DNA of 64,000 bases from assembly GCA_951406725.2 (NCBI GenBank), contig OX597839.1, positions 31,248,001 to 31,312,000 on the forward strand, given 5' to 3'. The notes under the pieces are model-generated. The model saw nothing but the letters and a program-made list of their open reading frames with translations. It did not search any database and was not told the origin of the DNA. The position numbers were made by a program, and so were the translations under genes. This document shows, one piece after another, positions 1 through 14,430 of the stretch (within the stretch, counting starts at the first letter, position 1; every line of letters begins with the position of its first letter). This DNA is from Octopus vulgaris (taxonomy: Eukaryota).

Positions 1-512
1 ACTGCTTTACCAAAACTGACCTGAGGCTAAACAACAACAAAAGCAACAGCCACCAAGACCTGTCCCCTGCTGGAAGGGAAACTTGCAGCCTTTGCTGTTT
101 ATAAAGACCCAGATTCAGCTGAGAGTGTTTGAGATTAATGAATACATGACAGTGAATAAATCCAGCTAAATCTAGATCTCTGTCCCTGGGGACACCACCC
201 CTCCCTTGCTACTGCCACCCCTCACCACCCTTCCATCACTACTTCCATTTCACTCCGAATGCTAAGTTATTATCGGTTTTTGCTGTAAAACAATCTCCAG
301 GTGTGCTGGTCAAGTTCAGCTGTGGACATCTGTGTCGTTAACGTATACCTGCACAGGTGGACTGTCTTCTTAGCTGGGTACTTTAGAATCATATCTGTTC
401 TGTCCACATACCTCTCTCCACAACTGTAATGTCAACATACTTCTGAACAGGTGTAATGCTAATGTACCACTATACTCTCAAACTGCTCTCTCTCTCTCTC
501 CCTCTCTGAATA

Positions 513-575
<63 letters not shown>

Positions 576-1520
576 ATATGTGAGCTTGCTAAACCACTCA
601 GTAGCCCCTGCAGTTTCTGCAGGGGCAAAGCGTCTGTGATGCTTATTTCACCTGTGTGTGTACACACACACACACACACACACATGCGCGCACACACAGC
701 TGTACAGTCCAACACACATCTAATTCCAACTCTGAAATATAAAACATCTTTATACAACTTACTCGTGGTGATGGTCGCAGTGGGTGTTATTTAGTGTGAG
801 ATAATGTACGCCTGTGTAATAAACACACAGTTTGAAATTTATCAACAAGGGGTCATTTCCTTCAGGGAGGCCCTAATAATTTACGGCAACACTGTAATTT
901 GATAAAGGTTCTGTGACTTAAGGTGGTGGCAAAGAATAATGTTTGGGTGTGGTTCTTCCATTTGCTATATTTTTACTTTTGATGTTTAATGTTGTTGTTG
1001 TTATTTAACTCCGTGTTGGCCCTCACCCAACATATTTGTAATGCAAGATATTCCAGCCATAAATACCCAGCTATTTTTAGAGCTTGGTGTCCCTAGGATA
1101 ATACTCTGTGTCCATTTATTAGATGGTAGGATCTAATGGTGTAATGGGCACCGGCACAGTTGGAGGGCCAACTCAGAAGAAACCAGTATCAGAGCTGCCT
1201 GAAGATTTACTCTGGTCCCGAAACCTAAACCTGATTCCAATGTCGACCCTGGCCAAGGTCAACTTTGCCGTTTTTATCATTATTTATTCAAATTCTTTTG
1301 AATTAATCCTGCATTGTCTCATAGCTTCAAGATTTCAATGATGTGATTATTTACTTTTAGAATGACATTGTAGGGTAGGTGTGAAAGGCAGGATCTGATG
1401 GATCTGAACATAAAACAGGTAGAATATCTGGGCCAGATGTGGCTGATTCAACACTTTGGGAACGAGATTATTCTGCCAAATGTTCTGCTTGAATTCTCTT
1501 GTGGGTTTGAGATTTCAATA

Positions 1521-2050
1521 ATCCTTTCCACTATGGGAAACAAGGCCTGAAATTCTATAGGAGGGAACTAGTTGGTTACATCCACCCCAGTGTATGACTG
1601 GTACTTAATTTATCCCCCCACTTCCCTGCAAAGGATGAAAGGCAAAGTATTTCACTGGTACTTAATTTATCGACCCCCGAAAGGATGAAAGGCAAAGTTG
1701 ACCTCGGCGGAATTTGAACTCAGAATGTAGCGGCAGATGAAATACCTATTTCTTTACTACCCACAAGGAGCCAAACACAGAGAGGACAAACAAGGACAGA
1801 AAGATGGATTAAGTCGATTATATCAACCCCAGTGCGTAACTGGTACTTATTTAATCGACCCGAAAGGATGAAAGGCAAAGTCGACCTCGACGGAATTTGA
1901 ACTCAGAACATAGCAGCAGACGAAGTACCACTAAGCATTTCGCCCGGCGTGCTAACGTGCTTGCCAGTTTGCCTTTTTGGGGTGGGTGGGATGGGGTGAA
2001 ATGCCGCTAAGCATCTCATCCAGCGCACCAACGATTCTGCCAGCTGGCCC
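1521..2050 (-). mobile_element. Cluster of tandem/nested copies of tRNA-derived SINE family B
   Basis: AAGGATGAAAGGCAAAGT occurs three times, twice followed by GACCTCG.CGGAATTTGAACTCAGAA (B box GAGTTCAAATTCC on the minus strand). The head GATTCTGCCAGCT is at ~2040. Confidence 0.8.
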
Positions 2051-3029
2051 CTTTTCTTAATAATAATCATAATAATAATAATTATTATAATCATCAGAGT
2101 GCTGTTGGCTGTGGCGCCACCAAGTGGCAGGTTGAGTGAATCAGGTTAGTCTCTGTCGTTGGCTCGAAATAATATGGAACCATTTTCATTTAGATAATGG
2201 CAGGTCTGTAGAGGAAGGGATTGATCTCCAAATCCCTTTTTTTCTTTTTTTTTTTTTTTCACCTGTCATTACATCAAAAGTTGAATTAATAATGGAAGAG
2301 ATTCCGTTTCTGGTTTTGCAAAACTGACTGGGGTCGGGGTCGGGGTGGGGGTCACTCATTTGTGCTTTGTGTGTGTGTGTGTGTGTGTACATATACATTT
2401 GTATGTGAGTATGTATGTATACACATCTTATAGATGTATATGTGTGTATGTACATGTATATATATATGTATACATGTATGTATATATATATACATACATA
2501 CATGTAAATATACATACAGATGTATGTATATATATATATATTTGTGTGTGTGTGTATATATATATATACACACATACATATACACACACCCTGTAATTAC
2601 ACTTTTTTCATTGATTCTCTGGTGACAGGCAATAAATTATTTCCCATGGATTGTGGTTTGTTGTTGTTGTTGCTGTTGTTGTTTCTTAGATGTCATGTGG
2701 CTGAGTGGTGAAGAAGTTTGCTTTGCAACTGTGAGGACCTGGTTTCAATCCTCCTGCAAAACTTCTTTATCTCCAGGTTGACATAGATTTTCATCTTTTA
2801 TTTGTTTCTGTCATTAAACTGTGGCCATGCTGGGGCACCACCTTCAAGAATGACCCCAGTACCTTTTTTTTTTAGACTGGTACTTACTCTTTCAGTCTCT
2901 TTTGCTGAATCGCTAAGTTATGAGGACATTAACAAACCAACACTGGTTGTCACACTGTTTTTTATTCATTGTTTGTTATTAGCACAAGAAGTGCTCTGAT
3001 GACCTTTCTCTCTTAGTACCAGGTCACTT

Positions 3030-3290
3030 TGTGCCATCTCGACTCAAAACTCCCACCCTCTTCATCCAAAAGCTTTTGTGCTTCCACAAATAAGGAAGTC
3101 TTTCTACAATCATTGCTTTTTTTCTCCTCAAACTGCCAGACTTTGGAACTTTCTTTTATCTCATTGTTTTCCTTCTACCTATGACTTCAACCCTTTTGAG
3201 TCCAAAGCAAATTAATTCCTCTCACCTTAATTTCTCCTTCTTCATGGTTCCTCACGGTTCTTGCCTTGTTTTGGATGTTCAAAGAGAAAA
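3030..3290 (+). mobile_element. Non-LTR retrotransposon ORF2 C-terminal/3' end remnant
   Basis: Degenerate peptide FFSPQTARLWNFLLSHCFPSTYDFNPFESKAN resembles the FFPRTxxLWNxLP..FP..Y.L..FK tail of CR1/Jockey/I-group LINEs. Confidence 0.55.
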
Positions 3291-4265
3291 ACAAAAAAAC
3301 AGTTGATTGAATGTTGGAAAAGCTATTGTTGAAACCATTGGAGCAGCAGCTAGTGGGGTTTGAGGAGTATTTGGTTGCTATTTCTGACAGATGGTATTTA
3401 TCTCAGCCCAGTCCCACAGACATTACCTTGTCTCTCTCTTCACAAAAACAGTGATCCAGAAACCTGGAACCAATTTCAACCGAACGCCACAAGTTCTGAT
3501 ATAAAATTAAAAACAATACATTGGCTAAAAGCAGGACAAGATGGTCATGTTTAGATCATCTTTGTTAATTGGTTTGCTCAGTCATAGCTGGCCTACGGTT
3601 AAATAACAACAACAATGCAAGGCCTGTAACATGATCGAGATAATCGTTCCATCTTTTGACCAGTGAATCAACACATTTAACGATTTGGCTAAACCAGATT
3701 CTATCGTTCCATGAATATATTCCACCCATTCTTTCATTTGTTTGTTCTTTTATTCTTTCATTCCACCGATTTCTTGATCTGATGCGACCAAAAGTAAGAC
3801 AAGAGTTTTAAATTAATGTCTTGTTCTGACATTTGAGAAAAACAAAATCGTTCCCACCGACTCCAGCAGAGAATAAGGGTTTGGTTAGAGCCAGTAGGTC
3901 TGTTATGTTTTAGTGGCATAGTGACAGGAAGAAGGGGCAGCACCCATGACTAATTTCAGGGCCCCTGTGACTACTGGAAGGCTGGTGGACAGACAGACAG
4001 ACAAGCTTGCCATCAATCCATGATACTTACAATGGACTGACCCATGCTAAGGACACCAAGGAATCAAGTGACATCTGATGGTGTTAAAATGGGAAATGAA
4101 TTACATCCACTTCTCAATAACAGGAAGGGTCCTTCCTTTCAACAGGCTTCCTCACAGTTTTCTTTAATCAAATTTCATTGGCAAGACTTTGGTTGATCCT
4201 TGCCTGTTATAGTAGAAGAGTTTTGCTCTTACATATACATCTCCTTAATTATGGCTCTACTTATA

Positions 4266-5085
4266 CAGGGGATGATGGGTAAGTTGTCACCATTTTATAT
4301 TTTTAATTTCACGCACTTGCATTGTTCATTTTTAATTTTGTCAACTACACAGTATAGCAGGGTCAGCTGGGCACTGTCTGTGAGAAGAAATTTGGAAATG
4401 ACATGCTATACTGCTGGACATGCATGCTGGAAGCTCCAATACAAACATTTCAGAGTGTTTGGGTGTCATTCTGAGGACATGTACCGAGAATGATAAAAAT
4501 CAAACATCATGGTGTTTGGAGTGATCAATAGTGATGTTGACGTTATGCTTCCATTCATCTTCCCACACGATCTCAGACTCAACATGGAGGCCTACATCAA
4601 GTGCCTAGAGGAAGTAGTGCTTCCCTTGGTCAAGAGGGTGGCTGCTGAAAGACCCTATGTCTGGAAACGGGACTCTGCGCCATGCCACAGAAGCAGGAGG
4701 ACCCAGTCATGGCTGTTAGACAATTTCTGTGAATACATCACCCCTAACCTCTGGCCACCTAACTCCCCAGACTGCAACCCCCTTGAATATTATGTGTAGG
4801 GTGCAGTTGAGTGAGAGACCAACAAAACTCCTTGTAACACCAAGGATGAAGGCAAGGATTATGGCAGCATTCACCAACTTAAACAAGAAGATTGTCCAGA
4901 AGAGTTGCAGGAGATTCCGAAGTCGTCTGGAGGCTGTGGTTGAAGCTAATGGCAATTTTATTGAATAAATTTACTCTTTAGTATTTCAAGATATTTTTAG
5001 GTAATGTTGGTAAATAGATCTGTTAAGATGAGACGTGTGTGTTATTTTCCTTTTTACGTAAGTCAAACGACAATTCATTCACTGC

Positions 5086-5091
<6 letters not shown>
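4266..5091 (+). mobile_element. Internally deleted Tc1/mariner DNA transposon, DD37D (maT-like) family
   Basis: ORF 4509-4799 reads ...WKRDSAPCH...WPPNSPDCNPLEY with 37 residues between the acidic positions, and continues into CRRFRSRLEAVVEANGNFIE. Degenerate TIRs (CAGGGGATGATGGGTAAGTTGTC / GACAATTCATTCACTGCACCCT) are flanked by TA. Confidence 0.85.
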
Positions 5092-5136
<45 letters not shown>

Positions 5137-5229
5137 ACTTGTGCATTCCTATTTATATAATTAATTTGATATATTTCTACATATGTATCTCCATTTATAT
5201 AGCTGTTCTTATATATTTCTATTTGTATG

Positions 5230-5262
<33 letters not shown>

Positions 5263-5584
5263 ATACAGTTTGCTGTTCCATTAAGGTAAGATCAACAAAG
5301 GCAGTTCTCCATCCAGTGAGGGATAAATATCATTTATCATTTAATGTACACAGCATAAAGATGTGTTATAAAAACCAGCCTAGACACACATCTCCAAGCA
5401 AGAAACTGTTAGTAGTTCATATCTTCACACTGTGTACATTAAATGATATATATATATATGTATGTATGTATGTATAGAAGATGGTAGGGGTTCGCTCCCC
5501 TGCTTGCAATATATATCAGCTGCAGATTGCATCACTAACCAGCTGAAGGAGGCGTCCTCCTTGGGGTTAAAAAATGCTTGTTGA

Positions 5585-5621
<37 letters not shown>

Positions 5622-7552
5622 CATCATCATCATCATCATCATTTAGCGTCCGTTTTCCATGCTAGCATGGGTTGGACGGTTCAACTGGGGTCTGGGGAGC
5701 CCGAAGGCTGCACCTTGTACTTTAAAAGGTTATCTCTACAGATACTCTACAGGAATTACAGTCAGTACTGATTCCTGCTACAATGTTTCGTATATGAGAC
5801 GTCAGATGTAAACAAATAATGAGATTGAAGATGAGGAAAGAGTAACAGGTGTATGTGGCATATTTCATGGATTTTTGGCCCTTCATCAGCCCCCCCCCCT
5901 CCAACCCTTTAATCTTCCTCAAACACATTACTTAAACAACCACTGTACACAGCAGTGTTTGGTTACTGGATTTACCAATTTTACTTATTATCCATTTCCC
6001 CCGGGATAGGGTGCCAGTCCATCATGGCATTACTCAGTTTTGCTGAACTGACTGGAGCAACATGAAATGAAGGGTTTTGCTCAAGAACACAATTCATTGC
6101 CTGATCCAGGAATTGAAACCACAATCTGAGGATCACGAATCGAACACTCTGACCACTAAGTCATACACTTCACAACCCTAGTATATGACTGGTACTCAAT
6201 TTTTATTGACACCAAAAAGATGAAAGGCAAAGTTGACCTTGGCAGAATTTGAACTCAGAACGTAGAGAGTTGGAGCAATTACCACAAATGACCCTCAATC
6301 AGATGCTGTGAGAATGATTCGGTCAACTTGGCACTTTGTGTGATCAACCATGGAATTGAGAGAGAGGGATTTGGGGCTGGGAAACTGGAATGGAAACCTC
6401 TTGTGTGTGCATGCATGCATGTGTGTGTGTAATTTGATTTCTGGACCAACTCTGTCTTGAGACAGGCTCACTGGGGGCCCTACAGGTCTGGGGGAAGAAG
6501 CCTGATCCTTACTTATATAAAAGCCTGGTGCATTGCTTTAGTCTGGTGGTGGGGGTGGGGGACAATGTCTGCTGAGAATGTTAAAGGCATAATTAAAACC
6601 CTGCTGATATTTTGTCCCCTGCTGCACCAATCCTGCTAACCCAATTATATATTAACCACCATTTATCAATATATTGATCCCCTTCCATTAAAATACAGAT
6701 AACCATCAATTCATATATTTTTCAGTGAACCAATAAACCAATAAACCTTCTCTCATTTCTGCAATAAATATTTATATGATTTCTCCTAACTTCACATGAA
6801 ATTCCAGTAGATTCTATAGATTATTATTATCATTTTTGTTGTTTTTGTTATTATTATTATTATTGTTATTATCATTTTTGTTGTTGTTGTTGTTATTATT
6901 ATTATCATTATTGTTATTAATGTCTCATTGAGATGAACCTGTTGCTAGGAAGTTGGAGTTTCATCTTTAAACTCGATATTTTCCTCTGACCGGAAGTTTG
7001 TCTTTCAATGCTTTTGTCCGTTCTTCTTAGATCCACATAAGTTCTTCATAAAACAGAGAGAGAGAGAGGGACATTTGCAACTACAGAGAGAGAGAGAAAG
7101 AAAGAAAGAGATGTTACAAACACACACATTAAAAACAAGCACACACACACACACATACATGGGTTTCAGGTTTAAGACACTGAAATTATAGTACATCATA
7201 TAATTGCTTTCTTATATATATACATACATACATACACACACTCAACAAAACACACACCCTTATTTGTGTGTGTATCTGTGTATGTGTTGTCTGCCTGTGA
7301 TGTATTGTGTGTGTGTGTATTTGTTGTGCTGTGTGTGTGTGTGTGAGGCTATAAGTTTTCCAAATCAAAGACATTATTTTTATGATTGTCTTTTATTACA
7401 ACTTAGATTGGTTGCTTTTGAAAGAAAAACTCCCTAAATCTCATAATAATAATAAGTATGTCCACAGGAATAGTAAAAAAGCAGAAGGTCAGATGGACTT
7501 TCCATTGGAGTCACTCAAATAACATATGTATGTGTGTGTTTGTATGTATATA

Positions 7553-8210
7553 TCATCATCATCATCATCATCACTTAACGTCTGTTGTCCATGCTGGCAT
7601 GGGTTGGATGGTTTGACCAGGCTGGCAACTTGGAAGACTGCACCAGACTCCCATCTGATTTGCCATGGTTTTCTCTGGCTGGATGCCCTTCCTAACGCCA
7701 ACCCCTCTGCAGAGTGTAATGGGTGCTTTTATGTGCCACCGGTACAGGTGCCATTTGCATGACGGGGGTGCTTTTCCATGCCAATTTGCATGATACCAGT
7801 ATTTGCCATGACTCTGAGTTTGCTTGGCTTGATGGGTCTTCTTCTCAAGCACAATATAATGCCAAAGGTCTTGGTCATTGCCACCGTGGGGCCCAACACT
7901 CGAAAGGAACTCAGCCACATTGCCTCCATGAGGCCTAACGCTTGAAAGGTGTTCTTTACATGCCACCAGCACGGTTGCTCCTGGCTTGACGGGTCCTTGC
8001 AAGCACAGCACATCGCCAAAGGTCTCAGTCATTAGTCATTGACTCTGAAAGGCTCAAAGTTCGAAGATCATGCTTCACCACCTCATCCCATGTCTTCCTG
8101 GGTTTACCTCGACCACAGGTTCCCTCCACAGTTAGAGATCGGCATTTCTTTAAACAGCTGTCCTCGACCATATGCATTGTGTGGTCATACCAGCACACCA
8201 CATCTGATGC
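7553..8210 (-). mobile_element. Family C repeat: RTE-associated SINE/LINE-like element with a (GAT)n tail
   Basis: (CAT)n-TTAACGTC..CCATGCT.GCATGGGTTGGA and GGATGCCCTTCCTAACGCCAACC motifs. Related pieces lie at 5622-5720, 10940-11045, 14450-14610, 43222-43540 and 44065-44415. Confidence 0.65.
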
Positions 8211-9080
8211 CTATATATGTCTATACACACACACACATACAGATTCTGCATGAGGAGTAGACAACCACCACACACTTTTTTGATATTTTTAATCGGCAGA
8301 ACTGCAAAAGTCATTCAAGAGGTATTTCGTGTATGGCACTTATCAACTGTGCATGTATATATGAGTGTATTTATGATATCATACACACACACACGTGCAC
8401 ACACAACAGGCTTCTTTCAGTATCCGTCTACCAAATGCACAAGGCTTTGGTTGCCCTGGGCTAATGTCGAAGACATTTGCCCAAGGTGCCACAGTGTGGG
8501 ACTGAACCTGGAACTATTTGTTTGGGAAGCTAACTTCTTATCTCGTGGAAGAAGATTTTTTCGCTGTTTCTGAATGAGTCCTTCTTTGGCAATTGAGAAA
8601 AGTTTCTCTTTTGCCATCGTCTGTCTTTGAGAGAATGACCAAAGTGAAGAGTGGCAGGAGATTGCCATTAATTCCCTGTTGCACGTGATTGGGAGAGAGA
8701 AGTGGCGAGAGGGAGAGGATGAGGATTAGGGATGAAAGGAGGTGGAGAGGGAAGAGGAGAGTTAAACACAGGAGGGGTCAGAGTGTTGTTGGTCAGTTTA
8801 AAGAGGGGAGGGATTTTTTTTTCTTTAGCCAAGTCAGTGACCAAAGTGAACAGCTGGTCTCTGTCTATAGACACATTTAAACTGTCAGAATCTGGAAACT
8901 GACCGGAAAATGTTTATTTAAATGTGTGTGTGTTGAGAGAGTAACTTTGAAAAGATAAAGTTCGTGGATGGATGTAGACAGTGGTTTCTTGTGTGTGTGT
9001 GTGTGTGTGTGCTAAAATCCTAACAGATACATGTATGTGTGTGTGTAGGTACATATGTATATAGGTAATCATTTATGTGT

Positions 9081-9383
9081 GTTTCATTAGACTGTGGCCA
9101 TGCTGGGGCAACATGTTGAAGATTTTTTAGTGAAACGGATTGACCCCACTACTTTTTTCTTTATAAGCCTGACACTTATTCTATCTCTCTCTTTTGCCAA
9201 AAGTTAAGGGATGTAAACATACCAACACCGGTTGTCAAGTGGTGGTGGGGGACAAACACAGACACTAAGACACAAATTTATAGAAGCTATAGTAGGAGAC
9301 ACATACCCAAGGCACCACACATTGGGACTGAACCCAGAACCATGTGGTTGGGAAGCAAGCTTCTTACCACACAGCCATGCCTG
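9081..9383 (-). mobile_element. SINE family A (internally deleted)
   Basis: GGGACTGAACC...CCACACAGCCA head and GGCCATGCTGGGG tail. Confidence 0.75.
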
Positions 9384-9744
9384 TATGTTTCTTAGGGATT
9401 TATTGAAGTTGTTCCTTACAAAGTGAAGCTGTCCCCTAACAAAGTGATAAGGCATTTGCCCCCGGGATTAGGAAATATTTGGGAGAAATTAGATGTAGTT
9501 ATTGATGCGAATGTGTGTAGCTGTACTTATAATCATGTAATGAGTGCGCATTTCTCATTACTACATAAGTATATGTGCGTGTGTGTGAGAGATTTAATTT
9601 TATGTATGTATGTCTGTGTGTATGCCTCAAACACGTGTAAGGATCTTTCATTGAAATTTAGCCAACTAGATAGTCATGTTTATATGTATACACACACGTG
9701 TATGCATGTGTGTGTGTGTGTGTATATATATGTACATGCTCACA

Positions 9745-9790
<46 letters not shown>

Positions 9791-9881
9791 TGCCTGTATA
9801 TGAAAATGTATATTTAAATATCGACAGGTAAAGGAACTAGTGTCAACATGAAGGATAAATATTTAAATATATGTGCAGTAT

Positions 9882-9907
<26 letters not shown>

Positions 9908-9912
<5 letters not shown>

Positions 9913-10005
9913 TATAAAATATGTTCGCATATTTCTCTTTCAATATATATATATATATATATATATATATTGAAAGAGAAATATGCGAACATATTTTATA
10001 ATATA
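9908..10005. repeat. Perfect palindrome centred on (AT)n
   Basis: ATTATAAAATATGTTCGCATATTTCTCTTTCA-(AT)n-TGAAAGAGAAATATGCGAACATATTTTATAAT. Confidence 0.95.
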
Positions 10006-11811
10006 CACACATGTTTGTAATATATTTATATAGTATGTTTTTTTAATATATATATATACTTTATATGCCTGCTTGTCTATTACATAAAGATGTATATGTA
10101 TGTGTGTGTGTATGTGTAATATATGTATATATACACACTGCCAAACATACAGACAGAATACGTAAATCTATTAAATGTATATTGAATTTCATTTACCCTC
10201 TCCAACCCTGCCAGCCACCCCGCCAGATACCCCAGCCCCCAAGGCAGCCAGACAGACAGACAGGCTGACAGGTCTAACCATTTAAAAAGTGTTGAAAGAC
10301 TAAATAGCTTCTTAGAGTAATTTCATCTTGTACCTGTCAGTTATTGATAAACATCAGAGACATAGCAACATCGCAGTTGGGCCCAGAACCTTCAGACATA
10401 CACACAACATAGCAGGTTTCTTAGGCCCTACCCCACTCCTCACATCTGTCTAAGTATATACACACATACATACATACGTTACACCCTTTACAAACATAGC
10501 ATAGTTGTGTCTATAACCCTCGGCCTTACATACAAACACATATATGGTTCCATATATATTTATGCATACCTACATTATATCTCTCCATCTGCCTACCTAT
10601 CCGTCTGTCTGTCTAGTCAGGGTTGTGTAGTTAAGAAGTTTACTTCTCAACCACATGGTTCCAGGTTCAGTCCCACTGAATGGCACCCTGGGCAAGCATC
10701 TTCTACTTTAGCCCAGAGCCAAACAATGTCTTGTGGATTAATTATTTGGTAAATGGAAACTGTGTGGAAGCCTGCCTCATATATCTGTCCATGTGTCTAT
10801 ATGTGTTACTGTCTCCTTATCTCAACGTTTTGTGGTGGTCATAAATGGGTATCACCTCTTCTGTCCTTCATTTGCAGTCTTCCCTGAAAAACGCATCAGG
10901 CCAGGGGATAAATATCCCCTTGCTTGCAAATTGGTGAGGGTTGCTGTCAGAAAGGTTGTCTGGTTGCACAAAATCCTGCTTTAACAAATTGCATCTAACC
11001 CATACAAGCATGGAAAAGTGGACGTTAAAACAACGATGAAGATGATAAACTAAGCGTGTCCCTGTATACACACATCTCAGGCAGTTCCTTATTTTAAATG
11101 GTGTCACTCCCAATTAGTCGGAGCCCCTTTTAATTGGAAGCCATGGACGTCTGTGTGGTCATCTGTGAATGGAGCACTTTGAAGCAAAATGCAGGAGACT
11201 GCTTGAGGAGAGGAGGAGATGCCATTATCAACCCCCCCAGCGGCTGTTGTTCAGAGTCACTTTCGGTGCCCCCAGTGCCACGGGATCTGCTTCTTTCATA
11301 TCAGTCCTGTCAGCTGTGTCCCCTTCTCAGGAGAAGCATTATGTTGAGGTTGAAAAACGAAAATGTTGGTTGAGCAGCAGCTAAGCATCTACCTGGGTAC
11401 GCACACCCTTTATACACACTGCACAACAACTGGGAAAAAAACTCTGGCCTCTATACACACACACACACTCACTTCCATATAAGCATATACTATTTTACTG
11501 GTTTCAGGCATAGGGTTGTGGCCATGCTGGGGCACAATTTCCAAGGGTTTTCGTCAATTTTGGCATCATCTGTATTTTGTATGATATTCGTTTTTTTTTT
11601 TTTAATTAAGCTTTGGAAGTAAATGAATGACAAATGCATCAGATGGATGGGATGGGATGGAGGTGGATCAAATTACCACAAGGTATTTTCATCCAGTTGA
11701 TGTACACACGTGCATGCATGTGTGTGAAATGTAAAACATACATAAATATATGTGTATTGGTATATGTGTATACAGGTACGTGTGCATAAAAATGAAATAT
11801 ATATATATATA

Positions 11812-11978
<167 letters not shown>

Positions 11979-13868
11979 GAGGTTGCTGATTAATTGCAAG
12001 TCACAAAAAAAGAACAAGGAAAAAGGGAAAAAGCTCCTGTTTTTAAGTGGCAGGGAGGTGGGAGGAGGTGGTCTTATGCCTTATCCTTTTTGATGGAGGG
12101 ATAAGCAGGGGTGTTATAGAGGGGATACATAACTCCCTCAGATTATATGGCAGTGAGTGCCTACAGACATTCATGTGTGTGTGTGTGTGTTTATACATTT
12201 ATGTTTGTGTATATCAATGTAAAAGGCTTGTTTGTGTTATTTATGCATCAACAGTTGACATAGAAATTCACTCAGTAGAGATCAATAAAATATTTCCTAG
12301 ATTAAAATCTGTTTTGTGGTCAACTAGGATTAGAAACTGTGGACATTGAACAATGAACCCCTTCTATTTGCTTTCTTTCTTCTCTCTATCCTTCCTTGCT
12401 ACAATTGTGCCAGAGCAGGAATGTGTGGCCATAATGGACAGGTGTGAATGCATAGACCCAACTTGTTTTGAAGTGGCGTGCAGCCCCCTGTCCTGAGGGG
12501 GGCCGATGGGAGTGTGATGTTTCATGTTCTTGCTTTCTCTCTGCTGTCGGAGTTCATGAAGTGGGAAGCTCCAATGTCTTCCAGTCGACTGGGACTTCTC
12601 AATCTGCTGTATATGAAACCTACGGACACTGACCACCCGGTCCACTTGAGGTCCAACATATCAATGGACATGAAAATATATATTTTATTAACAGATCTGT
12701 TAATGGTGATATGAAATATGTATCCTGTGTGTGTCAGGGACAGGAAACCCTCCATTTAGTTCTGTGGATATAACAAGGACAGATAAAGGTTCAGAGAGGG
12801 ACTATGGAAATGTATACCCTTTATGACAGCCTTGAGAGCTACAGGCACAGGACCCTATATCAAACATGGCATCTAGTCCCCCAAATATAATTGAAAGGAC
12901 TGCATGAAGGTTTGGAGGGAAATGAAGAATAGGTTTGAACTTGTTCCCATCTCTAATGCGTGTGCTGTATGCTGGAGTAAATTCTTTGTCAATTAGAATA
13001 TTTCTAATGTCTGTTTTAGAAACTGGTCCCATGGATAGAACCGACTTAGATTTGACATTTAATTAACCAGAAAGAAAAGAAATGAAAGTAAAATGAGATG
13101 AGTTTATGTGACAAAGGTTTAAATATTTCTTTATTTAAATAAAAAGTTCTTTTTATGAACAAATGGTTTTATTTCCAGCAGCAAATATTAGGGAAAGAAT
13201 TTCATTAAAGCATTACATTAAATTGATGTAAAATAAACAGAAACAACAGAATTCCTTCTTTGCTATTCTCCTTTTAGCTTTGTTTTTCTGTTTTTGGTGA
13301 AGCCATATTGCTGTGTTCTTCAGTTTTGGAAAGACGCAAGAAACAATTGAAAATTTGCTAAGGGAATATGTAGATAAGAACATTCAGTTCTGTGGAAGCG
13401 TTACCAAAATATTGGAGGTTGCTGACTTGCATGCAATTCCAACATGTGGAATTCTAAGAGAGATGTCTTTGGTTTTCATTTTTTTTTCTTTGTAGAGGTC
13501 CTTTTTTTGTTTTTCCCGCACATTTAAAAACGGATTTAAAACATGGCGTGAGGCCCTGGAATTAGAAACAATTAAGGTATTTAATGGTGACTGCTGATCC
13601 TTGTATAAATGAAATGTCCTGTCTGTCTGTCTGCCTGTTTTCTCCTATGTGGATTCCTCCATCGATCCATCCATTTGTCTATCCATTCCACCATGTCACA
13701 CTGCACCAATATCATTTCAGCTTCCCTAGATTCCAATATCTCTAACATTGGTTGATTTTGATTCCACTTGAACCTCCCCTCCACATCACACCCAAACTCC
13801 ATGTCTTATTCCATTCTGAGTTACATCTCTCACTCCTTATCTACACTCTATCCCTTCTCTCCATGGTA

Positions 13869-13909
<41 letters not shown>

Positions 13910-13957
13910 ATATGAGAAAAGTAGCTAGCTTGTTCTAAGTCGTAACAATACATAGAG

Positions 13958-14430
13958 AATACCAAACTCATTCCCTATGGATACCGTATTTATTACAACT
14001 CGTGGCTTGTAAACGTATCTAACTCGCTTTTCGCTCGTTAGATACGTTTAAGCCACTCGTTGTAATAAATACGGTATCCATAGGGAATGAGTTTGGTATT
14101 TTATTTATTACACACGAATAAACGACCATATTTTATTAACCCAATAACTAAATTCTTCACGTTTAGTTGTAACTTATGAATGACAAAAGTAGTGCCGTCA
14201 CCGTGACCTCAAGTCATCACCATGGATTGACCAATCAGAAGCAGCGCTGTCACCATGATCTCGGGTCATCACCATGGATTGACCAATCAGAAACAGCGCT
14301 CGCAGTATCTGACATATGTTAGATACCAAAAATATCTCAGTGTTCTCACTCACATGTGTGTAATAATTGGTGTTAACGTATTTTTTTGCCACTATAACAT
14401 GGCTGTTCCATAAAGAACTGTGTTATTACA
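13958..14430. mobile_element. Non-autonomous palindromic DNA element (Crypton-like?) with a 143-bp hairpin and tandem CCAAT repeats
   Basis: Near-perfect inverted repeat at 13958-14100. Two ~52-bp tandem units containing ATTGACCAATCAGAA at 14197-14300. An additional TTATTACACA/TGTGTAATAA pair. Confidence 0.55.
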
